DNA from: Terrimicrobiaceae bacterium
GTDB lineage: Bacteria; Verrucomicrobiota; Verrucomicrobiia; Chthoniobacterales; Terrimicrobiaceae
Length of the DNA stretch: 18,933 bases
Assembly (NCBI GenBank): GCA_041752695.1
Contig: JBGSVZ010000075.1
Location: 1 to 18,933 of the forward strand
Reading direction: 5' to 3'
In this document: positions 8,363 through 17,311 of the stretch, one piece after another
Position numbering within the stretch: the stretch's first letter is position 1
Layout: every line of letters begins with the position of its first letter
The notes under the pieces: model-generated
The model's database searches: none
What the model saw: only the letters and a program-made list of their open reading frames with translations
What the model was told of the DNA's origin: nothing
Position numbers and translations under genes: made by a program

Positions 8363-8716
8363 ATGAACCCTCCCGGAAGAATTCAGATCCACGGTGCCGG
8401 AGTCGGCGAACTTTGTGAAAATGATATCGAACGCCGCGCGTTGGAGATCGCCCAAATGGATGGACGCACCGCCGCTCATGCCGGAGATCGCATCCTCGCC
8501 CGCGAAGAACTCGTTAGCGTCGGCCTTCCTCCCGCCCCCGAAGGCGACGATTCCATCCGGCTATGGAGCGACGCGGAAAGCTCCGTGGGACATATGGCCC
8601 CCCGCATCGGTCCTGAAGACGAAATCAGTCCCGTCGAGCAACTCATCAATGAGGGACTTGAAGAAGCCGACCGCGATCAGCGTTTATCCGCCAGCGAAAA
8701 CATGAAGGACGTTTAG
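8363..8716 (+). CDS. Hypothetical protein (possibly DUF2934-like)
   Basis: MNPPGRIQIH...DIERRALEIA...DRILAREEL, with an acidic C-terminus; preceded by an AT-rich -10-like element. Confidence 0.65.
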   Translation: MNPPGRIQIHGAGVGELCENDIERRALEIAQMDGRTAAHAGDRILAREELVSVGLPPAPEGDDSIRLWSDAESSVGHMAPRIGPEDEISPVEQLINEGLEEADRDQRLSASENMKDV

Positions 8717-8729
8717 CGCCCGCTTCGTT

Positions 8730-8761
8730 ATCCGCCTCATCCGTCCCATCCGCGGTTAAAA
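8730..8761 (+). repeat. 3x9-mer ATCCG-core array between convergent genes
   Basis: ATCCGCCTC ATCCGTCCC ATCCGCGGT TAAAA. Confidence 0.6.
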
Positions 8762-8779
8762 TTCCTCCGTATTGCCGCC

Positions 8780-9220
8780 TTAATCCCGGTTCCCCAAAAA
8801 CACGACCGCCACGCCCCCGAGGATCATCACTCCGCCCCATATCGTGGGCCAATTAAACTGCGTCTCGCGAAAAAAAAGCCAGGCAAACACCGCCACAAAA
8901 AACGGGTAGGAGATCTCAATCAGCGAGGCCAGCGTGGCATTCTTCTCCCCAATCGCCAAAAAGATCAGGAGCGCCCCGCCCGCGAAGGTCACCACGGCGA
9001 CGGCAAACCAGAACCCATCCGGCCCGAGGGAACGCACTTCCCCGGGGACTCCCCCAAGTTTCCCCGTCGCGGCCAACCCCAGCGCCGCCGCCACCACGCC
9101 AAATAAGGCGTAGCAAAAAAAGAACGTCAGCGGCGTCATCCCACGCTCCATCACCCGCCCGCTCGCCGCGTAGCTTACCCCCCAGAGCAGCGACGCCGTC
9201 AACGCATAGACAATCCACAT
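8780..9220 (-). CDS. EamA/DMT-family transporter (single domain)
   Basis: MWIVYALTASLLWG with about five TM helices, ASLIEISYPFFVAVFAWLFFRE and GGVMILGG. Confidence 0.85.
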   Translation of the reverse strand: MWIVYALTASLLWGVSYAASGRVMERGMTPLTFFFCYALFGVVAAALGLAATGKLGGVPGEVRSLGPDGFWFAVAVVTFAGGALLIFLAIGEKNATLASLIEISYPFFVAVFAWLFFRETQFNWPTIWGGVMILGGVAVVFLGNRD

Positions 9221-9419
9221 GTCGTTGATCGCTAGCAGGTTCCGCTCAACCGGCCAGACCGAACCGCAAAATCGGTCGCTTCTGAGCCGGATTTCCTTGC
9301 ATATGGCCACCGCGGCGAATGTCATGCCCCCAACGCTGTTTGGGAGATTTCCGTAAGCAGGCATCAGGTCGTTTGCCTGCTTTTGGTCGCACCCCGTCAG
9401 CGCCAACCCATCCATCACC

Positions 9420-11570
9420 ATGTCCGGAACACAAATCTTCCTCCTCCTTGTCCTGCTCGTCATTGTTTTTGCAGTGCTCTTCGCCCTGATGTTCTGCATC
9501 CGGAAAATCCAGCCCGGCCGCGCCGGCGTCAAAACCGGCTTCGGCGGCCTCCAGGTCGCCTTCGACTGGATGGTCCGCGTCCCCATGCTCCAGACCTACC
9601 ACATCGTCGATATCTCGGTGAAAAAGCTGGAGATCACCCGCAAGGGCAAGGACGGCCTGGTCTGCCGCGATAATATCCGCGCGGACATCACCGTCGCCTT
9701 CTACATCCGCGTGGAGGCCACGGTCGAGAGCGTGAAAAAAGTCGCCCAGATGCTCACGCCGGAACGCGTCTCCGACATCAACCAGCTCCGCGAACTTTTC
9801 GAAGCCAAATTCTCCGAAGCCCTCAAAACCGCGGGCAAACAGATGGAGTTTCACGAACTTTTCACCGAGCGCCTGCGTTTCCGCAATGAGATCCAGGAAA
9901 CCATCGGCAAGGACCTCGACGGATTTTTCCTCCAGGACGTCGCCATCGATTACCTCGAACAAGCCCCGCTCGATCAGCACGACCCCAACAACGTGCTCGA
10001 CGCCGAGGGTATCAAAAAAATCACCGAGATCACCCAGCGCGAACGCGTCCTGGCCAACGAGTTTTCCCAGCGCGCGCAGGTGCATGTCGAAAAGGAAAAC
10101 GCCGACGCCTCCATCGCGAAACGCGAACAACAACGCCGCGAAGCCGAGGACGCCTCGAAACAACAGCGCGCCATTCTCGAGGTCAAAACCAACGAGGAAG
10201 CCGAATCCGCCAAGGTCATCGAAATCCGCCGCCTCGACGTGGAAGCCAAGCGCCTGGAAACCGAGGAAGCCATCAAACTCCGCACCGAGGACATGAACCG
10301 CGCCGTGCAGGAACGGCAGTTCACCGTCACTAAGGAAAAACAACGCCTCGAACAGGAATCCCAGCAGGAGGGCGAGGAAGCCCGCGTCCGCCGCGAACGC
10401 ACCGTCTCGCTCGCCGAGATGGACAAGGAGGTCAAGGTCGCCGAAGCCGCCGTCGAGGTGGAGCGCAAGCGCGCCATCGTCGTGGCCGAACAAAAGGCCG
10501 TCGTCGAACAGGAGGAGGAGAAACACAACATCTCCGCCCGCATGACCGCCGAGCGCGAGCGCGAAGTCGCCCTCATCGACGCCGACAAAAACGCCAAGAA
10601 GGAACAGGTCGTCAAAGTGGTCGCCGCCGAGGCCCAGAAGGAAGCCGACCGCAACACCGCCGAAGGCGAGAAAATCAAACTCATCACCGCCGCCGAAGCC
10701 AGCCGCGACGCCGCCCTGCGCGACGCCGAGCGTTTGCAAACCATGGCCGACGCCGAGTCCAAGGCCGCCGACAAAAAACGCCACGCCATGGAGCAGGAGG
10801 CGGAGGGGATCGCCGCCAAGGAAGCCGCCCACGGCCTCGCCGAAGCAAAAGTCTTCACCGCCAAGGCGACGGCCAACAAGCTGGCGGGACTCGCCGATGC
10901 GGAAGTGCTCGCCGCCAAAGGCGCGGCCATTGCCCACAACACGGAAACCCAGGCCCAGGCCGAAGCCGAAGGCACCAAGGACAAGGAACTCGCCATCGCC
11001 ACCGGTATCGAGGCCCGCGGACTCGCCGAAGCCAAGAGCATCGAGGAAAAAGCGAAGGCGATGAAACTCCTCCACGACGCTGGCCAGCACCACGAGGAAT
11101 TCCGCCTCCGCCTCGCCAAGGAACGCGACGTGGAACTCGCCGGCATCGAAGTCCAAAAATCCATCGCCGCCTCCCACGCCACCATCGTGGGCGAGGCCCT
11201 TAAATCCGCCAAAATCGACATCGTCGGTGGTGAGAACGACTTCTTCGAAAAAGTCGTCCGCGCCGTCGGCACCGGCAAATCGGTGGACCGCCTCATCAGC
11301 AACAGCCACACCCTCACCGACATCAAAAACACGTTCTTCGGTGGCGACCCGGAGAAATTCAAAACCCAGCTCCGCACTTGGGTGAAGGATTACGGGGTCT
11401 CAAGCGAGGACGTGAAAAATCTCAGCGTGGCAGCGCTCCTCACCAAGCTCATGGCCGCCAGCAAAGATTCCGGCACCCAAAGCCTCTTGGAATCCGCCAA
11501 ATCCTTCGCCCGCGAAGCCGGCCTCGCCGACGCCCCCGCGGAGTCGGCGATTAAAACGGGGAAGGCGTGA
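9420..11570 (+). CDS. SPFH/flotillin-family membrane protein (YqiK-like)
   Basis: N-terminal TM helix, band-7 region (GLVCRDNIRADITVAFY, FSEALKT), long Ala/Glu coiled coil and KIDIVGG tail. Confidence 0.92.
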   Translation: MSGTQIFLLLVLLVIVFAVLFALMFCIRKIQPGRAGVKTGFGGLQVAFDWMVRVPMLQTYHIVDISVKKLEITRKGKDGLVCRDNIRADITVAFYIRVEATVESVKKVAQMLTPERVSDINQLRELFEAKFSEALKTAGKQMEFHELFTERLRFRNEIQETIGKDLDGFFLQDVAIDYLEQAPLDQHDPNNVLDAEGIKKITEITQRERVLANEFSQRAQVHVEKENADASIAKREQQRREAEDASKQQRAILEVKTNEEAESAKVIEIRRLDVEAKRLETEEAIKLRTEDMNRAVQERQFTVTKEKQRLEQESQQEGEEARVRRERTVSLAEMDKEVKVAEAAVEVERKRAIVVAEQKAVVEQEEEKHNISARMTAEREREVALIDADKNAKKEQVVKVVAAEAQKEADRNTAEGEKIKLITAAEASRDAALRDAERLQTMADAESKAADKKRHAMEQEAEGIAAKEAAHGLAEAKVFTAKATANKLAGLADAEVLAAKGAAIAHNTETQAQAEAEGTKDKELAIATGIEARGLAEAKSIEEKAKAMKLLHDAGQHHEEFRLRLAKERDVELAGIEVQKSIAASHATIVGEALKSAKIDIVGGENDFFEKVVRAVGTGKSVDRLISNSHTLTDIKNTFFGGDPEKFKTQLRTWVKDYGVSSEDVKNLSVAALLTKLMAASKDSGTQSLLESAKSFAREAGLADAPAESAIKTGKA

Positions 11571-11586
11571 CCCCCATCCAAAAATT

Positions 11587-11696
11587 GGTAGGGACGGCTG
11601 GCCCAGCCGTCCCACTATTCGGACGTGTGCCCCGCACGTCCCCCGCGGCGGCATGGCCGCCGCCATCGACGGACGGCTGGGCCAGCCGTCCCTACC
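11587..11696. repeat. GTAG-type REP doublet (REPIN-like)
   Basis: GGTAGGGACGGCTGGCCCAGCCGTCC (11587-11612) and its perfect 26/26 reverse complement (11671-11696); each copy is itself a hairpin. Confidence 0.88.
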
Positions 11697-11707
11697 TTTT
11701 CTAGTCG

Positions 11708-14700
11708 ATGGCCGACCCCGCTCCATCCCCCGCCTCCGAGACGCCCACGTCCCTCGGCAGCGCCACCTACGAGATCATCCGCCAGCGCCTCGGCACCCAG
11801 GCCGACACCCTGCGCGAGCGCATGAAACAACTCGACGCGCGCCGCCAGGAAGTCTTCGGCGCCGTCGAATCGAAACTCCTCCAGGCCGACCGCGTCAACA
11901 CCGCCCACAACTGCATCCCCAAGGACATGGTGCAGATCGGCCACGGACGTTTCCTTTTCGGCTTTAACGTTCGTTTCGGCCTCAAAAAGGACATGGAGCT
12001 CGGCGACGTCTTTGGCATCTACCTCCGCGACGAAGCCGCCGGCACTTTCCGCGAAGAACCCCTCACCGCCCTCGAAGACAAGGCCTTCCTCACCGATTTC
12101 AAACGCATCTACACCGTTTACGAAAAGACCGTCTTTTCGAAATTCTCCCTCATCGACGGCCAGCTCTACATGGTCTTCCAGACCGGGAACAACGCCAGCG
12201 ACATCGCCGTCTTCAAATGGGCCTTCGACGGGACCACGCTCAAATACGCCGACGGCCGCGCCGAGGCCGAATACCGCCGCGTCGGGTTTCCCCCGCAGCA
12301 CAATTTCCGCTGGATCACCCCCGACCGCGAATCCTACCGCTACGGCGACCACCCCCATATTTCCATCGCGGAACGCGTCTTCGTTGAATGCGTCGGCGGC
12401 AACCTCACCGTCAAGATCGAGGACAACACCACCACCGGCACCGGCATCTACGAGGAGCCCGTCGATGACAAACGCCAGAAGGTCGACGACGCCGACATCT
12501 CCTACGCCCTCCTCGGCCACCTCATCCTCCTGAAGATCCGGCCCTACAAAGAGCAGGCCCACCGCTACCTCATCTTCAACGAAAAAACCGAATCCGTCGT
12601 GCGCGTGGATTCCATCGGCCAATCCTGCGCCGCCCTACCCGAGGATCACGGCATCATCTTCCCCGACGGATATTACCTCGGCACCGGCGAACTGAAACTC
12701 TTCGGCTCCGCCGCCGGCGACCACTCCCTCGAACGCATCATCCACGCCCCCAACGGCGAGGATTCGCTCTACGTTTTTTATTCCCTCAGCACCGGCGAAT
12801 ACGCCCTCCTCCCCTACCGCCTCATCGCGCAGAAGGTGAAGGAACGCATCACCTGCCACGGCTTCTCCCTCTTCGCCAACGGCCAAATGGCCCTCTTCCG
12901 CGCCGACAACGAGCCGCAGAAACACCATCAAATTCAGCTCCGGCAAACCCCGTTTTACCAGACCGGCTTCGAACCCACCGGACAGAAGGACGCCTTTCTC
13001 TACCAAGTCGGAAACAAGGAAGTCGTGCGCTGCCTCGCCGAGTGCAATGAGATCATCACGCTCGCCCGCCGCGACCATCCCTACGCCGAACTCTACGCCG
13101 ACCTCGTCAAACGCAGCACCAGCATGCTCGACGCCTACCCGTGGCTGTCGAACGCCGAGGGTTTCGAGATCGACGACGCCCTGCGCGCCCTCCGCGAGGC
13201 CGCCAATCAGGCCGTGGACGAATTCGACAAAGTCCTCCGCCTCCAGCGCGAAGCCGTCACCCAGGTGGAAGCGGTTCGCAAACGCTGCGCCGACCGTTTC
13301 GACGAAATCCGCCGCGCCACGTTCAAGGTCATCGGCGACTACGTCAAAAACCTCGCCGCCCTCCGCGCCCTCACCGGCGAACTCATCACGCTCAAGGAAG
13401 TTCGGTACATCGACCTCGCCGCGCTGGAAGCCGCGGGCCAGGACGTCACCGAGGCCACCGCGCGCCTCTCCGATTCCGCCGTCGCCTTCCTCCTCAAACC
13501 CGAGGCGCTCGAACCCTACCGCCTCACCGCCAACGAACAACTCGCCGCCGCCGAGAAGGTCAGCAAAGTTTCCGAAGGCAAAAAGATCGAAGCCGAAGTC
13601 TCCAAGACCGGCGGCGAACTCGAGATGCTCATCGAGATCGTCAACAGCCTGAAAATCGACGACGCCACCGAGACCACGCGCATCATCGACGCCATCACGG
13701 CCGTTTACACCACGCTCAACCAGGTCAAGGGCGCCTTAAAAAACCGCCTGCGCGAACTCGCCGCCACCGAAGGCGCCGCGCAGTTTGCCGCCCAGATGAA
13801 GCTGCTCGGCCAGTCCGCCGCCAGCTACCTCGACCTCTGCGACACCCCGCAAAAATGCGAGGAATACCTCAACCGGATCAGCGTCCAGATCGAGGAACTG
13901 GAAGGGCAGTTTGCCGACTTCGACGAATACATCGGCCAGATCTCCGACCGCCGCACCGAACTGTACGAGGCCTTCGAACAGCGCAAAATTTCGCTGGTCG
14001 AAGCCCGCAACCGCCGCGCCTCCGCCCTCCTCACCGCGTCCGAACGAATCTTAAAAGTTGTCGGCAACCGCCTCGCCGGATTCAAGACCGTCGAGGAAAT
14101 CAACACCTACCTCGCCTCCGATCTCATGATCGGCAAGGTCCGCGAAACCGTCGCCCAGTTGCTGGAATTGGGCGACTCCGTCAAAGCCGACGACCTCTCC
14201 ACCCGCCTAAAAAGTTTAGGCCAGGAAGCCGTCCGCCAGCTCAAAGACCGCAACGAATTGTTCAAGGGCGGCCCCGGAGTCATCACCCTCGGACGCCACC
14301 AGTTCAACATCAACACCCAGCCGCTGGATCTGACCGTCGTCCATCGCGAAGGGCAGCAGTTTGTCCATCTGACGGGAACCCGCTATTTCGACGCCATAAA
14401 TTCGCCAGAGTTCCTCGCGACCCGCGATTCCTGGGAGCAAGAATACGTCTCTGAGAATCGCGACGTCTATCGAGGCGAATTTCTGGCTCTCCGCCTTCTT
14501 GAATCACTGGACGCCGGAACGCTCAACGTTCAACATTCAACGCTCAACGCTCAAGTTGAAAAAGTCGCGGGTGAAGCACCCGCTTGGAGGGATGCGGGCC
14601 CTCGCATCCCAGACGCCCCCGGCGTCTCCCCTGAACCCTGGACGGACGCGGGCCCTCGCGTCCCAAATCTCCCCGCCTCCGGCGGCCCCCCTTCACTCGA

Positions 14701-17257
14701 CCCTCGGCCCTCGACCCTCGACACCGTCCAGGCCTTCATGTCCACCCGCTACCAGGAGGGCTACACGCGCGGTATCCACGACCTCGACGGCGACCAGATC
14801 TTCACCGCCCTCCACGAAACCCACCAAGCCCTCGGCCTCGCCCGCTACCGACCACAGGCCCGCGATGCAGCCATCGTCTGGTGGTTCAAATTCTGCCCCG
14901 AAGAAACCAAAGCCCTCTGGACCGCGAAGCTGAAGGGTTTCGCCGAACGAAACCGGATTTTCCCCGGCGATCCGGCGCAACAGGGCTACATCGCGGAGTT
15001 AGCCCACCTCCTCTCCGCCTTCCTTTCTTCCTCCAACCTCTTCGCCGGGGAAAATGGAAGATCGGAGATTGAAGATGGTAGATCGACAGTCGCCGCGGGC
15101 GTCCCGCCCGCCCCCTCGGCCCCTGGCCCCCGGCCCCAGGCCCTCGCCGCCCAACCACACCCAGGCCAAACACCCTCGCCACTCGCCACGGAAGCCGCCG
15201 AGTATTTGTTTCTCGAAATCACGGACGGCGACACCACCGTCTGCTCTCTCGAAGCCGACCGCCTCGCCGCGGCCTTCCACCAGCATCTGGTGACCAAAGG
15301 CGGCGAAGACGCCTTCACCTCCGCCCTCGCCCAACTCGCCTCCCACCCAGCCTCCCAGTTCGAGCTCATCCGCGACTGGCTCCGCGGCTACCTCCTTTCC
15401 AACCCCGGCCCCGCCGCCTATCTCGACGAAGCCGCCGCCATCATCTTCCTCGGCGACGCCCTGGACCGCCAGATCGTCACCGCCCCGACCACGCGCGAAC
15501 TCGAGGGCCTCAAGGGCACCCACCCGCTCATCAACGCCGGCCGCTACACCTTCGACTACCTCGCCCTGCGCGAACGCCTCCGCCGGTTCGACCAGGACGT
15601 CGTCCCGCGCTTCACCGCCTACCACGCCCTCAAACAAGCCCTCCTCGAGAAGGAACGCTCAGCGCTCCGCCTCAACGAATTCAAACCCAAGGTCCTGACC
15701 TCCTTCGTCCGCAACCAGCTCATCGACGAAGTGTACCTGCCCCTCGTCGGCGACAACCTCGCCAAACAAATGGGCGCGGCCGGGGACAGCAAACGCACCG
15801 ACCGCAGCGGCCTGCTCCTCCTCCTCTCGCCCCCCGGCTACGGCAAAACGACCTTGTTGGAATATGTCGCCAGCCGCCTCGGCATCGTCTTCGTTAAGAT
15901 CAACGGCCCCGCCATCGGACACGACACCACCTCCCTCGATCCCGAGGAAGCCCCCAACGCCGCCGCCCGCGAGGAGATCCAGAAATTGAACCTGTCCCTC
16001 GAGATGGGCGACAACGTCATGATCTGTGTCGATGACATCCAGCATTGCAACGCCGAGTTTCTCCAGAAATTCATCTCCCTCTGCGACGCCCAGCGGAAAA
16101 TCGAAGGCGTCTGGCGCGGACAGCCCCGTACCTACGACCTGCGCGGACGCAAAGTCGTCGTCGCCATGGCCGGCAATCCCTACACCGAGACCGGCACCAA
16201 ATTCCGCCTGCCCGACATGCTGGCGAACCGCGCCGACACCTACAACCTCGGCGACATCATCGGCGGCAACGCCGAGTGGTTCAAAGCCAGCTACATCGAG
16301 AACGCCGTCACCTCCAACGCCGTCCTCGCCCCCCTCGCCAACCGCAGCCAGAAAGACATTCGCACATTCCTGCGCATGGCCGGCACCGGCGAACGCTCGA
16401 AGGACGGATTCGAGGCCAGCTACTCCGCCCAGGAAGTGGAGGAAATTCTCTCCGTCCTGAAAAAACTCATCGCCGTCCGCGAGGTCATCCTCGCCGTGAA
16501 CCTGGAATACATCCGCTCCGCCGCCCAGTCCGACGAATTCCGCACCGAGCCGCCGTTCAAGCTGCAGGGCTCCTACCGCAACATGAACCGGCTGGCCGAG
16601 AAAGTCGTCTCCATCATGAACGACGCCGAAGTCCAGGCCCTCATCCTCGACCACTACCGCAACGAAAGCCAGACCCTCACCGCCGACGCCGAGGCCAACT
16701 TGCTCAAACTGCGGGAACTCCTCAAAATCCTCACCCCCGAAGAAGCCGCCCGCTGGGACGATATTAAACGCACATTCGCCCGCAACCTCCTCACCCACGG
16801 CGGCGACGACAACGATCCCGCCAGCCGCATCGTCGGCCAGCTCTCCGCCTTCGGCGCCGGCCTGGATGGAATCCAACGGACCCTCGCCGCCGGCATGGAA
16901 AAATCCGCCGGAGCCAAAGAAGCCGACGTCCAGGAACGCCTCCGCGTCGTCAACCACGAGCTGGAAATGGTCCACGCCACCTTGGCGTCGCTGCGCGACA
17001 TGGCGACCAAACAGCGGGATTACCTGCAAGGGGCGAGGGAAGAATTGGCAACACGAGCCAAACAGGGCGTCATCGAATTCGAAATGACCGATGAGATGCT
17101 GGGCAACGAGAAGCAATTTTTGGACAAGTTCCAAGAGGCCCTCGCCAACCGACAGATCACAAAAGACGACCTCGACGCCGGAAAAGCCGCGGCAGAGGCG
17201 GAAGAAGCCGCTACAAAAGAAACAGAATCTAAAGAATCGACGGGAAAGGCACCTTAA
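11708..17257 (+). CDS. Large AAA-family 'DNA repair ATPase' (DUF3686-type N-terminus)
   Basis: YEIIRQRL N-terminus, Walker A SPPGYGKTT, Walker B MICVDD, LANRAD and TEPPFKLQGSYRNMN; lies next to the SPFH gene as in known homologous loci. Confidence 0.88.
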   Translation: MADPAPSPASETPTSLGSATYEIIRQRLGTQADTLRERMKQLDARRQEVFGAVESKLLQADRVNTAHNCIPKDMVQIGHGRFLFGFNVRFGLKKDMELGDVFGIYLRDEAAGTFREEPLTALEDKAFLTDFKRIYTVYEKTVFSKFSLIDGQLYMVFQTGNNASDIAVFKWAFDGTTLKYADGRAEAEYRRVGFPPQHNFRWITPDRESYRYGDHPHISIAERVFVECVGGNLTVKIEDNTTTGTGIYEEPVDDKRQKVDDADISYALLGHLILLKIRPYKEQAHRYLIFNEKTESVVRVDSIGQSCAALPEDHGIIFPDGYYLGTGELKLFGSAAGDHSLERIIHAPNGEDSLYVFYSLSTGEYALLPYRLIAQKVKERITCHGFSLFANGQMALFRADNEPQKHHQIQLRQTPFYQTGFEPTGQKDAFLYQVGNKEVVRCLAECNEIITLARRDHPYAELYADLVKRSTSMLDAYPWLSNAEGFEIDDALRALREAANQAVDEFDKVLRLQREAVTQVEAVRKRCADRFDEIRRATFKVIGDYVKNLAALRALTGELITLKEVRYIDLAALEAAGQDVTEATARLSDSAVAFLLKPEALEPYRLTANEQLAAAEKVSKVSEGKKIEAEVSKTGGELEMLIEIVNSLKIDDATETTRIIDAITAVYTTLNQVKGALKNRLRELAATEGAAQFAAQMKLLGQSAASYLDLCDTPQKCEEYLNRISVQIEELEGQFADFDEYIGQISDRRTELYEAFEQRKISLVEARNRRASALLTASERILKVVGNRLAGFKTVEEINTYLASDLMIGKVRETVAQLLELGDSVKADDLSTRLKSLGQEAVRQLKDRNELFKGGPGVITLGRHQFNINTQPLDLTVVHREGQQFVHLTGTRYFDAINSPEFLATRDSWEQEYVSENRDVYRGEFLALRLLESLDAGTLNVQHSTLNAQVEKVAGEAPAWRDAGPRIPDAPGVSPEPWTDAGPRVPNLPASGGPPSLDPRPSTLDTVQAFMSTRYQEGYTRGIHDLDGDQIFTALHETHQALGLARYRPQARDAAIVWWFKFCPEETKALWTAKLKGFAERNRIFPGDPAQQGYIAELAHLLSAFLSSSNLFAGENGRSEIEDGRSTVAAGVPPAPSAPGPRPQALAAQPHPGQTPSPLATEAAEYLFLEITDGDTTVCSLEADRLAAAFHQHLVTKGGEDAFTSALAQLASHPASQFELIRDWLRGYLLSNPGPAAYLDEAAAIIFLGDALDRQIVTAPTTRELEGLKGTHPLINAGRYTFDYLALRERLRRFDQDVVPRFTAYHALKQALLEKERSALRLNEFKPKVLTSFVRNQLIDEVYLPLVGDNLAKQMGAAGDSKRTDRSGLLLLLSPPGYGKTTLLEYVASRLGIVFVKINGPAIGHDTTSLDPEEAPNAAAREEIQKLNLSLEMGDNVMICVDDIQHCNAEFLQKFISLCDAQRKIEGVWRGQPRTYDLRGRKVVVAMAGNPYTETGTKFRLPDMLANRADTYNLGDIIGGNAEWFKASYIENAVTSNAVLAPLANRSQKDIRTFLRMAGTGERSKDGFEASYSAQEVEEILSVLKKLIAVREVILAVNLEYIRSAAQSDEFRTEPPFKLQGSYRNMNRLAEKVVSIMNDAEVQALILDHYRNESQTLTADAEANLLKLRELLKILTPEEAARWDDIKRTFARNLLTHGGDDNDPASRIVGQLSAFGAGLDGIQRTLAAGMEKSAGAKEADVQERLRVVNHELEMVHATLASLRDMATKQRDYLQGAREELATRAKQGVIEFEMTDEMLGNEKQFLDKFQEALANRQITKDDLDAGKAAAEAEEAATKETESKESTGKAP
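14518..14556 (+). repeat. Third, solo copy of the 39-bp 5x7-mer array, in frame inside the ATPase
   Basis: AACGCTC AACGTTC AACATTC AACGCTC AACGCTC AAGT; 36/39 to the reverse complement of 2386-2424 and 35/39 to 1982-2020. Confidence 0.92.
14585..14664 (+). repeat. Two direct GGAG-type REP-like hairpins inside the ATPase CDS
   Basis: TGGAGGGATGCGGGCCCTCGCATCCC (14585-14610) and TGGACGGACGCGGGCCCTCGCGTCCC (14639-14664), 23/26 identical. Confidence 0.8.
14696..14722 (+). repeat. 7-mer array CTCG(A/G)CC x4, in frame
   Basis: CTCGACC CTCGGCC CTCGACC CTCGAC; encodes LDPRPSTLD. Confidence 0.75.
15052..15147 (+). repeat. Two further 5x7-mer arrays and a hairpin, in frame
   Basis: AAATGGA AGATCGG AGATTGA AGATGGT AGATCGA (15052-15086); GCGGGCG-TCC-CGCCCGC (15095-15111); CCCTCGG CCCCTGG CCCCCGG CCCCAGG CCCTCGC (15113-15147). 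Confidence 0.72.
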
Positions 17258-17311
17258 ACAGAAGTGAACGAAGAAGCCCTCCTCCCTTCGCTAACTTCGT
17301 TTGCTTCTGTT
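17257..17311. repeat. Inverted repeat with 9-nt periodicity right after the ATPase stop (possible terminator or mRNA stabiliser)
   Basis: AACAGAAGTGAACGAAG (17257-17273) pairs 15/17 with CTTCGTTTGCTTCTGTT (17295-17311). Confidence 0.7.

Noticed and set aside
9246..11377. Long minus-strand ORFs (687 aa and 467 aa) opposite the SPFH gene
   Set aside because: Antisense shadows of a strongly C/G-ending codon bias; no motifs, and the plus-strand gene is clearly real.
14585..14664. Mini-CRISPR (two 26-nt palindromic direct repeats with a 28-nt spacer)
   Set aside because: Only two units, inside an intact CDS, with no cas genes or leader; a REP-like origin fits better.
14500..15190. Intein or intron in the ATPase
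   Set aside because: No Cys/Ser...His-Asn splice motifs or group I/II intron features; the inserts are short, repeat-derived and in frame.
11615..17134. Multiple overlapping ORFs (335, 301, 437, 491 aa and others) within the ATPase
   Set aside because: Alternative-frame or antisense artefacts of high GC, with low-complexity Arg/Pro/Ser-rich translations.
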